A stretch of DNA of 63,422 nt, filler included, from Rhabdomonas costata (GCA_019059605.1; 53 parts of 53 records of this genome joined end to end with filler, not necessarily neighbours in it); one strand, 5' to 3'; shown: positions 35,976 through 47,998, counted from the whole stretch's first letter. The notes: generated from the sequence alone by a model not told the origin. Numbers and translations: made by a program.

Positions 35976-37073
35976 TGTTTGTTGTGGGGGATGCCCCTCG
36001 TACTTGGACAGCACGAACAGCGTCTCCACAAAGTTGTTGAAGAAGAGTCCCCGCTGCTTTGGAAGCAAAACCTTGACCAGTGCACCCTCAGCGAAGCGAG
36101 AAACAACTTTGTCCGGGTCCGCAAGGGTGACCAGAAAGGAAAAAAACAGCGTGCTTCTCCACTTTAAAAAATTCTCCGCCAGAGCCTGTGTCATCAGCAC
36201 CAGGGCAGTGTGGCGAACAAGCACAGAAGGGTCTCCAAAGCATCGCGCAATTACAGAGACATATTTGTCGATGCATCCCGCGTACTCCACTGCCAGGTCG
36301 ATCAGGGAGGCAAGAATGTTCACCTTAACGGTTTCACTGCCAGATTTTTGCAGCTGGTTCACAAAAACGCAAAGGAAGCGTTTCGCGGTGGCATCGCTCG
36401 CGAGGCAAAGCTTGCCCAAAGTAAGGTAAGCGGCGTTCTCCACGCACTGAGAGATAAGCCCCCGACTCTGGAAGATGTGGACCGTGGTGCCTGACGCTTG
36501 AGTCATCTCCTGAGTAAGCTCCATGGAGGTTTCTCTGGAAGGGCTCACATCAGTGCCAGTCTGTACGATTGCGTGCAAGTACGTCTCAACATCTCGAGGG
36601 ATTTTCACCATGTGATGGCCCTTATCTCGCAGTAGCGCGGCCTCTCCAATTACGAGGATGTGCTTGGTCACTGCGGCGTAGACCACAGCGGCATCCATGC
36701 CACGCAAAGTTCCGTGTTTGATAAACTCGTGCAGCTTTTCCTGGGCGTGCTGAAACACGCGCTCCACCTCCTCCTTGGCCTTCTTCTTCCCCAGGATAAC
36801 GACCGCCGACATAGCGTGCGAAATGAGGCTGTGGTGTAAGGTGACCCCCATAATAGCAGTCACCAGGTCACTAGAGAGTTTGCCAGCCTGGTCTGACGGA
36901 AGCTCGACGAGTGTTAGCAGCTTAAGAACCTGGGCCATTACTTCCACCCCGGAAAAGCTCTTTCCAGAGAGCAGTTCGCGGTGGTTCTCATAGCATCGCA
37001 GCAAAATCTCCCTGTCCAGCTTATCACGGTAGACACCACCCAAACTGGCGAGCAGCCCAAAACCCCCACCCCC
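35976..37073 (-). CDS. NCAPD3: Condensin II HEAT subunit CAP-D3 (Cnd1 domain), internal fragment
   Basis: AYLTLGKLCLA...AKR...KVNI...DLAVEY...IDKY...DPSVLVR...ENFLKWRSTLFFSFL...LFFNNFVETLFVL...YEGH. Confidence 0.85.
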
Positions 37074-37524
37074 NNNNNNNNNNNNNNNNNNNNNNNNNNN
37101 NNNNNNNNNNNNNNNNNTTAATTAATTAANNNNNNNNNNNNNNNNNNNNNNNNNNNNNNNNNNNNNNNNNNNNGTGTGTGGTTCTTAGCGGGGATACAAA
37201 AAAATTATAGCTCTGCAATGAAAATTTTCGGAGCATCTCTATAAAATTTTCATTGCAGAGCTATAATTTTTTTGTATCCCCGCTAAGAACCAAGCCCGGA
37301 AGGAACGGGTAAATCCGCGGAACACTAAGCGCTCGTTCCCTGTGAGGAAACGACTTTAATTGCCGAGAGAATGCTGAGCAAATGGTATAAAACACATTCC
37401 GCCGAAGCATCAGGGGCCGGGGATCGCTGATGAATTTCAGGCCAAATCGAGATGTCAGCTGAATGCATCACAGAAGTCCCCGGAATTTTTCAAAATAATC
37501 TCTTGCCGTTCCTCTTTTCCCAGA

Positions 37525-37680
37525 AAAGCCGTCCCAGGCACAGACATTCCGGGCCGTCCTCTGCTGCAATGGACGCAGTTACTGGCGGCGGATGCGGCCA
37601 CTCGCGGGCTGTCCTTGCAGGACCTGCGCCGCCTGGCCCCGGACCGTGAACAGTATCGCCAGCACGTAGTCAACGCCGCC
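37525..37680 (+). mobile_element. C-terminal remnant of an RTE-like non-LTR retrotransposon ORF
   Basis: PGRPLLQWTQLLAADAATRGLSLQDLRRLAPDREQYRQHV matches the GRP..W...D...LA.DR..W/YR..V end motif. Confidence 0.55.
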
Positions 37681-38485
37681 CGCATCGATGGCCAATCCGT
37701 CAGGTCATGCGGACGTCATACAACCACACCTGCTGACCTACACCTCATGGACGGGGTGGCAACACCCCAACTCGGGGCTCCGGACACCGCGCTGCTGGGA
37801 GCAGCTGATCGCGCTGAAGGCGGGGACGTTTGTCTGGCTGACAACCGGCTGGGTGCTCTCGCTGCTGGACGCGCGGAAGATGAAGGCGGAGACCTCGGAG
37901 GTGCAGTAGTACACGCCCAAGGAGGTGATGAACGCCGTCCTCCCTCAAGCACCCACCCATACCATCGCAGAACCGACGAGCCACCGCTCTTTAACCGTAA
38001 CTGACGCCGACGCATCCAGTGTTACCCCACAGCAGAGAGACCTGACACCAGCCCACCCCCTCTTCCACGTTACCAACCGGGCGGAGCTGCCAACCGCGTA
38101 AAAAAAACAAGCACCCGTGAGAGCTTCCCACCTCTAGGGGGTGTTGAGAATGCTCATTTACGGAGTATTCGTTCGTTCGTCGTTCGTCCGCAACAACTGT
38201 GCCCAAGATATGATCACAAATTACCGTCTGTCTTGAGCAGTTAACATACTTTCCTCCACCCCCAAATCNNNNNNNNNNNNNNNNNNNNNNNNNNNNNNNN
38301 NNNNNNNNNNNNTTAATTAATTAANNNNNNNNNNNNNNNNNNNNNNNNNNNNNNNNNNNNNNNNNNNNGGGGGGGTTGTGAGAGGGTGCGTGTGTTCATG
38401 TGTCTGTGTTTGTGAGCCAAACGGCATCTTTCCACCATGGCAATGATTTTTTTCTACTATTGGTTCAAACCTGTTGTGCGTGCAG

Positions 38486-39282
38486 GTATGCAGCTTCGTG
38501 GGTGTGGTGGGCGGTTCTTGACGGACGAGGGGGGCGACGATGCCTCGATGGTGGTCGACGAGCAGCTGGCAGATGCGGGTAGACGCAGCACCAGCTCAGA
38601 GAAGGCCTCGACGTTCTGGGAGTGGTTGCAGAGCGTCACCCAAACCGAGCACACCGAGGTGAACATTCAGATCGGGGAGGTGTCGCTGAAGCGCCGGTAT
38701 GCGACTCAATCCGCATATCAATGAAAACATGAACCTCATTAAGGTTCCATTTTAGGTTATGTGCAATGATTGTGATTGTGATGCGCAATATCCCGTTTTC
38801 GATCGGCAGCTATTTTTTTGAGGGGGTCCTTTCCCTTGAGTGAATCAGCGATTGGCCCACTTAAGTCCCATGTGGGGAGGGTGGGGTTTGCCAAAAGAAT
38901 CTCACGATGTCAGCCAGCCAATTCCTGGCCGCCGTCGCGGAAAAAGGAACCCAACGGAAACAAATCCGTCCGTCACGCAAAAAAACGCCATTGGGCGATT
39001 TAGGTATGGCTACCGTGTTCCTGACAGGTTCAGGTTTAGGCACGTGCAATGGAAGTCTGTGAGAGCTTTCCTTCGCTTTGGAAATGGTCTTTGCTTCTTT
39101 GTACAGGTACTTTCGGCTTCTTTCGGAGGAGGTTAACACCTTTCCTCACTTTGTGGAGCTGTTCAACAAGGTGTCGCCGCAGAACGCCTTCCGAATTGCC
39201 GAGGTCAAGAACACCACGCAGAGGCAGTGGGTCCGCATTGTGGGGCACAGACACGACCTTCACATCTGGAAGCCGGACGGAC
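38486..39282 (+). CDS. Conserved large protist protein (possibly DUF3638/DUF3645-type), exons 38486-38696 and 39107-~39282
   Basis: Phase-consistent GT-AG join gives TEVNIQIGEVSLKR|RYFRLL...AEVKNTTQRQWVRIVGHRHDLHIWKPD. The family assignment is from memory only. Confidence 0.5.
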
Positions 39283-41974
39283 GCACACCGCTCATCAATT
39301 TTCCTCATCAATTCTTGTCTTGCGTTCTCCCACCCCCACTTTTGTAGGTGCACGAGAAACCAGAAAAATGACGGAGTACTCATTCACGAGCAGAGCGACA
39401 AAGAACGACAAGAGATAAGAGAAAGATTGAAGAGGTTCCGAATTCGGATCTTCCTTTTCGAAAGANNNNNNNNNNNNNNNNNNNNNNNNNNNNNNNNNNN
39501 NNNNNNNNNTTAATTAATTAANNNNNNNNNNNNNNNNNNNNNNNNNNNNNNNNNNNNNNNNNNNNTTGTGTTGGTCCAAAAGATGTCCTCCTATGCTCTT
39601 TGGCTTTTTTGCCTTTGCTCGGGGTTTGGCCCCCATTTTTTCCCTTCGTTCCCCGTTTTTGGTTGGTTTAGTCCGCTTCATCCATCGAGCGCAGTGTGAG
39701 CACACCAACGTACATCATCAAGAGAAGGGGTTTGGGACAGAGACTCAGGTCCAGCCGCCATCCTTCCACTCGCACCCCCTGAATTGAGCAGTGCGCGCTC
39801 GTTGTGGGGGAAAGTGATGCGGCTGACCATCCCGGGCCACCTAGCTGGAACTCCATCTGTGGCGCGTAACGGTCCAGATCACCCATGTGTTCAACATCCA
39901 GAGATGGAGGACACAGACATTTTCCAGAGGTTCCATATTGTCCTTTTGTCGGGGGTCAGCTGAGACAGAAGTTACAGCTAACTCCCTCGTGAAAAATCTC
40001 CTTGCCAGGGCCATGGTTCAGGCTATATATCAACCAGATTGAGGATATCAGGGCTAGGGGTGAGAGGGAAGGCCAGCAGAGAGACAGTGGGGAAAACCCC
40101 GGGTGAGGCAGCGAGCCAGGCCAATGGATGGTAGTCACGTGAAAGGAGGTAGCCAGCACACGCATTAGAAATCCACAGGGTGTGCTCCAGGGTTCCTGAG
40201 AAAGAAAGTTGCATCCTCACCTTTCTCCCGAGTTTTCATGCTAGAGACTTGCAAGCCTGTGTAAAGGCAAAAAGGGCTCAAAAATACCCCCAAAATGGCC
40301 CTGAAATGGCCTCGAGCGCGGCTCTAAACCGAAGCATTCCGGCCCACTCCGCTGCCAGCATGAAGTGCTCCTGGGCTCTACCCTTAGGTATGCTAAGCAG
40401 GCTCGGCCGAAAGCTTAGGCTCAGCATGCAGGCTCGCAAAGGTCCGATAATTGCACGCGGGGTCCTGGAGAATTTTCCAAGTCGAAAATGCCCTTAAACC
40501 TTGATAGCCCCCCCATTTCCGATGAGGCCCCCGAGGATTGGTGAGGTTCCCGAGGTCGGCTGAAGAGGCGAGATAGGCCCACCTGGTAGAACTCCCAGAA
40601 CAGCAATAAGAGAAGGAACTGTAGGAAGGCGAATAGGACGTCTACTGCATCCGCACACACCCCNNNNNNNNNNNNNNNNNNNNNNNNNNNNNNNNNNNNN
40701 NNNNNNNTTAATTAATTAANNNNNNNNNNNNNNNNNNNNNNNNNNNNNNNNNNNNNNNNNNNNTCGGGTCTCGCAATCTTGAAATCGTTATTCAGGAATG
40801 CACTTTTCCAATTCCGCGATTAAATTCTTTTGTTACTTTGCAGCGCATTCCTTCACGTGTTTCTCTCGTGACTGCAACTTGTGGACCCAAGAGAATGGCT
40901 AACATACAACACAGTGTGTGGTTAACTGCTAAAGTCACAATGGCCAGCAAGCCAGGATGCAAGCAACTACATACCGGTGTGTATTTTGGTGAGCTGGTGC
41001 GCTTCCGTTTGCGGAATCCTCCTTTCTGAATTTCATCTGCGACATTCGGCATGCTTGCGTTTGTTTTAATTTGGTTTAATTTGTTCTTTATTTTCAGATT
41101 TTCAGATTATTATTTTTTTCCTGCAGATAATGTGTGATCTATGCCCGAAACTCTCACACAAAGATAAGGACTCGGCTTCCTTACTTTTATTTGGTGCATG
41201 CCTGTATAGGAGTGGTTGTGGTGGGGTATTGCAGAACCTTTTCAGCAGCAGGCTTCGGTCCGCCTTGGTTGCTCTGACATCGTATGTCCCCCATTTTTTG
41301 TGGATTGCCTCCTGTATGCTTTTGGCTGAATCCACGAGTTCGTTTTCCCAGTGCACAAATCCGATGCATACATTGAAAATTGCATAGGCCTGCTTCGCCT
41401 CAAAAGTTGTTAGGGTAGAGCAGCTCATCAGGACCTCCTTCTCAGTGCCCTCCCCCCTGAAGTTACCCTCTTGCTTTTTTGTATTTATGTACACCGTGTA
41501 CACAGTAAGCTCGCAGTGAGTTAGGGCCGTGCTTGCGACGACCCAAATGAGCTTGAAAAAAAGAAAGAAGATGCCCAGTTGTAAAATCCTTGTGTTTTCT
41601 TTCTCTAAGCAGAGTATTCATTGGCCGTGCACGCCCACTCTTCCAATTTAATTATGAAGGGCGAGTTGACCCCCAGGAGGCGCACCCGTTACCATTAAAA
41701 TTTATTCTTTGACTTAGGGAATACCGGGGTCCTTTTCCAGGGCTTGCAGCCCCAGCCCTGGCTGCTCCGATGGGGCTGGGTTTTTCACTTTAACATGCTT
41801 TTGTATGCTAAAGTATTCTGTATTCTGTATTCTGTAACTGTCTTGAGCTGCACAACACCCCNNNNNNNNNNNNNNNNNNNNNNNNNNNNNNNNNNNNNNN
41901 NNNNNTTAATTAATTAANNNNNNNNNNNNNNNNNNNNNNNNNNNNNNNNNNNNNNNNNNNNGTGTGGTTGGTGG

Positions 41975-42148
41975 GTGTGGGACCTTCGGAACAGCAGCGG
42001 CGGCGACGGCGGGGGAGCCGCCGCTCCTCTGGCTATGCTTCGTGGGCACAATGGGGAGGTCAGCTGCTGTGCAGTCGTTCGAGGCGGGGAGGTTGCCGCG
42101 AGCGGCAGTGAGGACGGCACGCTGCGGACATGGCTGCTGCCCCCTTGA
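41975..42148 (+). CDS. C-terminal WD40 repeat of a WD40 protein
   Basis: VWDLR...LAMLRGHNGEVSCCAVVRGGEVAASGSEDGTLRTWLLPP-stop. Confidence 0.8.
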   Translation: MWDLRNSSGGDGGGAAAPLAMLRGHNGEVSCCAVVRGGEVAASGSEDGTLRTWLLPP

Positions 42149-42765
42149 GGAAAGGAGTGCAACCCCCGTGCCCGTGCGGGAGCATTTTCATCTCGAGGCT
42201 TCTCAAGGCTGATACGCCTAGCCCCCCACCGTCCTCAGCTCAACAACCGTCGAGCTGAATCAAGCCTCACCCAGTCGAAAGCCGTGGCGCTTTCCGGTGA
42301 AAACCGGATTCGGAACCATACCCAAAAACTTGGCTGACTCTCCGTGGCCTTGCATTTCTATGGGTAGGAGCATGCACGCTGTTGCGGGCATTCTGCCTGT
42401 GCGCACCGTACAAGCGTACTGGAACCACGAATTGCTTTTTAAGCCCTCGATGTGCAGGCTGGCTGGAGTCAGCAGTAAGGTCCTGTTCATTCATCACTGC
42501 GTAGGTGGTTTTGTCATTAGCCGTTTTCTGAAGCAGGGAGTTTTTCTGGCGGGTCGGAAGCCTTTCCTGTTTCGTTACGGAAGCTTTGATTTGTGAAACC
42601 TTTCGAACAAAGAATTGTCCCCTCATGTTGCATTGTATATTCCAACCCCCACCAGCCACAACACAACCGACCGCACTGAGATTGACGTCTGCAAGGCACT
42701 TTGTTTGCCCATTTAACCACGATCCATTGAGATGTACGCTCGGGTTATTTCTTCTACTGCTTCAG

Positions 42766-43047
42766 ATGTTTTTTGGACTCCGGCGGCAATCTCGTCTTCT
42801 TGTGCGCCGCCCAGGCCCAACATTTCCTGCTGTTGTCCATTTTTCCCAAAGAAAGGGCCCCCTCTTCAGTCTCCACCCCACCTGCACTCTCGTAGGGGCC
42901 AGTTCAGCCCGGCTTTTCTGTGCTGCGGGAACCAGGGTTGCCCCGATTGGCGGTGCTCGATCCTTCACAACCACTCCTTCCGCTTCAGGAGAAATGACGG
43001 AGAAGTTTCGCAAGGACTACGCCACCCCTCCGTATTGGATCCGGGAG
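42766..43047 (+). CDS. pepN: Aminopeptidase N (PepN-type) 5' end with a putative mitochondrial presequence
   Basis: MTEKFRKDYATPPYWIRE|gtaaac matches the PepN N-terminus. It is preceded in frame by an Arg-rich, acid-poor leader starting MFFGLRRQSRLLVRR. Confidence 0.7.
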
Positions 43048-43204
43048 GTAAACCACACANNNNNNNNNNNNNNNNNNNNNNNNNNNNNNNNNNNNNNNNN
43101 NNNTTAATTAATTAANNNNNNNNNNNNNNNNNNNNNNNNNNNNNNNNNNNNNNNNNNNNGTGTGGTGGGGGTTGATAGTGATCCTGCGACCAAGCCCTTT
43201 TCAG

Positions 43205-43585
43205 CGGGCAGGAGGCTTCCTGGGTGGCGCATGCCTACACGTGGATATCCCTGGGGTCAAGGAGTACATTAAGGCCCTCGACTGCAGCGTCCCGACCAAT
43301 TCCTCGATCAACGCCTGTGTGCGGGCCTCGCTGGAGGGTCACTTCGGGGCCTACCTGCCGGCATACTTGGAGAAGCGGCTTCGCGGGATGCCTCTGTTGA
43401 TTAACCCGCTGATGTCGCTGGTGTACTTCTTCGACCTCCCCAAGACGGTGGAAGTGATGCCCTACCTCAAGCCGATCCTAGAGAAGAGCCCGAGATGCCT
43501 GGATGAGATCCGCAGCGTGGTCCGGAAGTGGAGGGAGGAGAAGGGCGTAACCCGAGAGGATCGCGACAACGACGGGTTTTGGTAA
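43205..43585 (+). CDS. DUF1152-like protein, last exon
   Basis: tttcag|RAGGFLG...SSINACVRASLEGHFG...LLINPLMSLVYFFDL...stop. Confidence 0.65.
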   Translation, partial: RAGGFLGGACLHVDIPGVKEYIKALDCSVPTNSSINACVRASLEGHFGAYLPAYLEKRLRGMPLLINPLMSLVYFFDLPKTVEVMPYLKPILEKSPRCLDEIRSVVRKWREEKGVTREDRDNDGFW

Positions 43586-46500
43586 AAAAAAAAAAGAAGA
43601 AATATTAAGCCCTTACTGTTGTTGGTCTCTTTCGACCACAGAAAACCACACCGCCGTGAGCTGCGCGTGTTCACAGTAGTATTAAATGTCTTTTTTTGGT
43701 AGCTTTGTCACCGCTGAATGTTTTGCCATCCCTGGGGTGAGGTTGCTGGCCTCATTGTGGCCACTTCCGTTTGTGGTAGTCTCTGGGGGCTATTCTCTGC
43801 TGCCCAGCTGGATAGGTTTTTCGAGCTCTGAAGGTATGACGAGGCAGTTCCGCCCGATTTCGCTGCATGTTTCTTCCTGTTCTTTAAACTGCCCTTTCTG
43901 CTCTCACTCTACTCACCTCTTGTGAGACTCACTGAGACTCACCGAGACTCCTGCGAGATTTGTCAGGCTCGTTCTTTGCTTGTAACTTGATCAAGACTTC
44001 TTCGTGGTTATGCCGTACAGCGTACACCTTGCACAGGACCTCCGGAAGATCATCTTGTTTTTGTGCCACTGCTCATCACTTCCTCCTCCTTGACCAAACC
44101 TCCACCAGCGAACTTGGAGCTTTGTTTTCATTGAATGGCCCGATAAACCCACCGACCAATTCAGCGTGCGCGTGGCGGTTGACGCTGTTAGTGACTCTGT
44201 TAAATCACCGGCACATCCGAGATCGCGGAGGTCGATCCTGTGGTTCTCACCCCCCCCNNNNNNNNNNNNNNNNNNNNNNNNNNNNNNNNNNNNNNNNNNN
44301 NTTAATTAATTAANNNNNNNNNNNNNNNNNNNNNNNNNNNNNNNNNNNNNNNNNNNNGTGTGGGGGGGGCTTTGTGGGGCCGATTGCGGGGCCTAGGCAC
44401 CCTCCAACCATACATCGAGCCTGGAGGACCCCTCCATTTCTTGTCCAGAACCCTCAACACATGGCTCCCATCTTTCCACTCACATTCCAATTTATCCGCG
44501 TTTCCTTGCCGGTGAGCGCTTTGTGGACCTCTGAAGTATTTGTTGCCGAAACTAGCGCATCCGTAGGACCTCCCACCGCCCATTCTTCCACTCTTGACCC
44601 ACACTACCAAAGCACTCACGGCCATCCTCGAGTTGCGCACGCTCCTTTCGGAACGCATAAACGACAACGCAGTCAACCATCTCCTGCAACTATTTCAAGA
44701 ACCACTCACCGACAACGATGACACGTTCAGTCAGACCCGCACAGCGCCCTCCAACAGAGCTGTCGCTCCAAAACGGGCTGGGGCCTGTGGGATGCGCGGT
44801 GCTGCCCACTGAACTGGAGCTCTTTTAGTCTGCCATTTCACATTCCCGTCCACCTCAAAAAGCACCCCTTTACTCTCCAACCAGATAATATTCATTCTTT
44901 TACTTGCTCTTCCAAGCTGCGCTGTTCACATCCCGTAGGATCCCCCTCTTTCCTTACGTATAAATTGCCCACCAAAGCCCCTCTCATTTGTGACATTCGT
45001 CTCTTCCACTTACTTTGGCAAGTCCCCGCCTTTCACCTCCTTAGCTTGAGTCTCTTCTCACCTTTCTTTCTGTCTCACCTCCATTATTTTACCAAACTGG
45101 ACATTGCAAACTATTTTTAGTTCATTTCCATCACTCACTCTGTCGCTTTTTCTTCACTCTTCAAACCCCTCAGGGCATCCTAGCTACCACGCGGCTGCTA
45201 TTCTTCTGGACCTGGTCTCCCACATTTGCCCATTCCTATATTCCTATGTGCACTTTATTCTTGCACCTCTCCGCTTTCTCATACCATCCATTTTTTGGTT
45301 CATCGACGATCTTCTTCTCTTTCACCACGATCATTGCTTCCTTTACTTTCTGTACTCACTCTGCCGCATTGCTGCTTGAAAAAGCGTGTTTCATGTTGAA
45401 TGAGAAGAGCATTTTTGCACCCACGCATACGCTATAATGGCCTTCACACCCCAACNNNNNNNNNNNNNNNNNNNNNNNNNNNNNNNNNNNNNNNNNNNNT
45501 TAATTAATTAANNNNNNNNNNNNNNNNNNNNNNNNNNNNNNNNNNNNNNNNNNNNCCTTCAGTCTACTCTGAACTTTGCTGTGCTTCGGTTTGGTGGGTC
45601 AACTGCAATGGTCCCCCGTCGCTAGCTTGTGGTTACGTGCAACAAGCATACAAATGTCTCCTTGTATTTCGTTGTAGGTTGCATGTCGGCATAGGCAGAG
45701 TTTGTGCGTACATTTCCATTACAGAGTATCGGGGGGAGTTGTTTGCAAATCGCCCTTCTGGGTTCATAGAATTCATGGAACGACCTTCTTTGGACAGTTT
45801 GCCACACTTGTCTCACTTTCCCCCCTCCCCCGTCTCGTTTGCTCTTGTTATTCTTTTTGCAGGGCTCAGAAGGCGAGTTTAATGAGTGCCCAAATGGCCA
45901 GGAATCGGGCAAGAGTGGACGAAGGTTTCTAACTCGTCTCTTTTCTCGATTCTTGGGCTCATTTGCCACCCAGCGTTGCCCTTCACCCTCGTTTTCTGTT
46001 TGGTATTGGCATCTTGTGCGTGATGCACATGAGTTCAAAGAGATTTTTCTGTTTTGAAACGACGGATGAAAATTCGCACATCAGTGGAAGTGGTGGCAGT
46101 CCTCCAGAAAGTTGAGGTTCCAAATTTTCCACCCAGTGTCACACCACTGCTTCTCATTCTCGCTCCCCCAGTGTGCGAGCCTCTAACAAAGTGTATGTGT
46201 GTATGTGTGTAAGTGTGTGTGTGTGTGTGTGTGATTGTGTGCAGAGCGCGGGAGCTGTGCGTCGGGATCAGTGAGGGGGCCCTCCCCCTCCCCCACCGCC
46301 AGCGACTCCAGCGCTTCCGAGGGAGAGCAGCAGCAGCCGCAGTTCCCATGGCTGCGCCCGCTACCCCCTCCCCGGCTGTCTGCTCGGGCCCAACGGTGTG
46401 CCTCCGGGAAATGTTGAGGGGAGGCTACGGGTGTGATAGTATGGTGTGCAAACACAAAGCAGAGACCTCAAATACTTTGGAGGCGCACACCGTTTTCTCG

Positions 46501-46755
46501 GGCTGGGCGACGCAGGGGAACCGCAGGAAACGGGTTAAGGATCGCGATGTCTTGTCCTTAGGTGTGTGTGTGTCCCAGTATCACTTTCTCCGCTCTTCCA
46601 TATCTCGTTCCTCGGTTCATTCCAGTCATACCCATCTACCTATCTGGCTCTGANNNNNNNNNNNNNNNNNNNNNNNNNNNNNNNNNNNNNNNNNNNNTTA
46701 ATTAATTAANNNNNNNNNNNNNNNNNNNNNNNNNNNNNNNNNNNNNNNNNNNNCA

Positions 46756-47690
46756 TTACTAAAGTGGTATCTAGAACAAGGTTTAGATGTAACCAAAGTA
46801 CACGGTATGATACATTGTAAACGATGTAAAATATTTAAATCATTTGGTGAACTTGTTTGTGATGAACGAAGAAAAGGAGATGTGGACATTAACTACAAAG
46901 TTATAGGTGAAGAGTGTAAAAACATTGGAAATTCTGCATATGGGAGAACATCGATGAACAAAGCAAAACATAACAAAACAACATACGAAGACCAAGCAAA
47001 GTATAAAAAATCTGTTGCTACACTATATTTTAGAGACGCTGAAAAATTCGGTGATCTTTATGAAGTTCAAAAAAGAAAAAGACAAACATATCAAAACATG
47101 CCAATTCATATTTCAACAGCTATTTTACAGTATGCAAAATTGAGAATGTTACAATTTGTGTATGAGTTCTTGTACAAGTATGTTGACCGTGAGAATTTTA
47201 CTTTAATGTACATGGACACTGACAGTATGTACATGGCTTAACAGCAGATAAATTCGAGTATCTAATCAAACCAGAAATGAAATATGAATATATTAAAGAT
47301 AGGAGCTGCTGGTTCCCAAGAAATGATACGAAAGAAAATGAAAAGTATGATAATAGAACTGCTGGTCTGTTTAAAACAGAATTTATCGGAGATGGAATGA
47401 TTTGTTTATCGAGTGAATTATATTATTGTCTTGGTGAACAGAACAAGAAAAATAGGTTTTCTAGTAAAGGAGTACAGAAAAACAAAAACAGCAAACTTTT
47501 AAATTACAAAAATCTTAAGCAAGTACTGTTTTCAAATGTTGACATGACATGTGAAAATACAGGGATGAGACAATTAATGGTTCTATCTATTGGTACAAAA
47601 CATCTAAAACAGGCCTTAGTGCTAAATATAACAAACGAAAAATATTAAGTGATGGTGTATCAACGGCACCGCTAGAAGAAACATATATAA
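46756..47690 (+). pseudogene. polB: Polinton/Maverick-type protein-primed DNA polymerase B, C-terminal half, frameshifted
   Basis: Motifs in three successive frames: LLKWYL, KNIGNSAYGRT, AILQYAKLRML, YMDTDSMY | RTAGLFKTEF, FSSKGV | KRKILSDGVSTAPL. Single-base losses near 47238 and 47573. Confidence 0.85.
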
Positions 47691-47728
47691 AAAAGAAAAA
47701 GTTATTTTTTAATATAGTTTCAATATAT

Positions 47729-47851
47729 ATGAACACTGAATCAAAGCATCTTTTACTTAAAAATCTTTATTATAGCCCAAGAACACAATACACATCTATA
47801 AAAAGTTTGTATGATAATGTTCGTAACAGGGGTATAACCTACGCTGAGGTT
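47729..47851 (+). CDS. Polinton-type rve integrase N-terminus (3'-truncated)
   Basis: MNTESKHLLLKNLYYSPRTQYTSIKSLYDNVRNRGITYAEV resembles the L..lYY.P......LY......IT...V leader of Polinton integrases. Too short for the ORF track. Confidence 0.65.
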
Positions 47852-47998
47852 NNNNNNNNNNNNNNNNNNNNNNNNNNNNNNNNNNNNNNNNNNNNTTAAT
47901 TAATTAANNNNNNNNNNNNNNNNNNNNNNNNNNNNNNNNNNNNNNNNNNNNGTTTGTGTAAAGAAGAGCGTTGCTTTCGCTTGTTTTCTTCTTCGTAG

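Noticed and set aside
37179-37292. 50-bp perfect inverted repeat (miRNA- or MITE-like)
   Set aside because: It lies at the contig start, and the outer bases are a G/T-only mismatched copy of the downstream flank, i.e. primer-derived.
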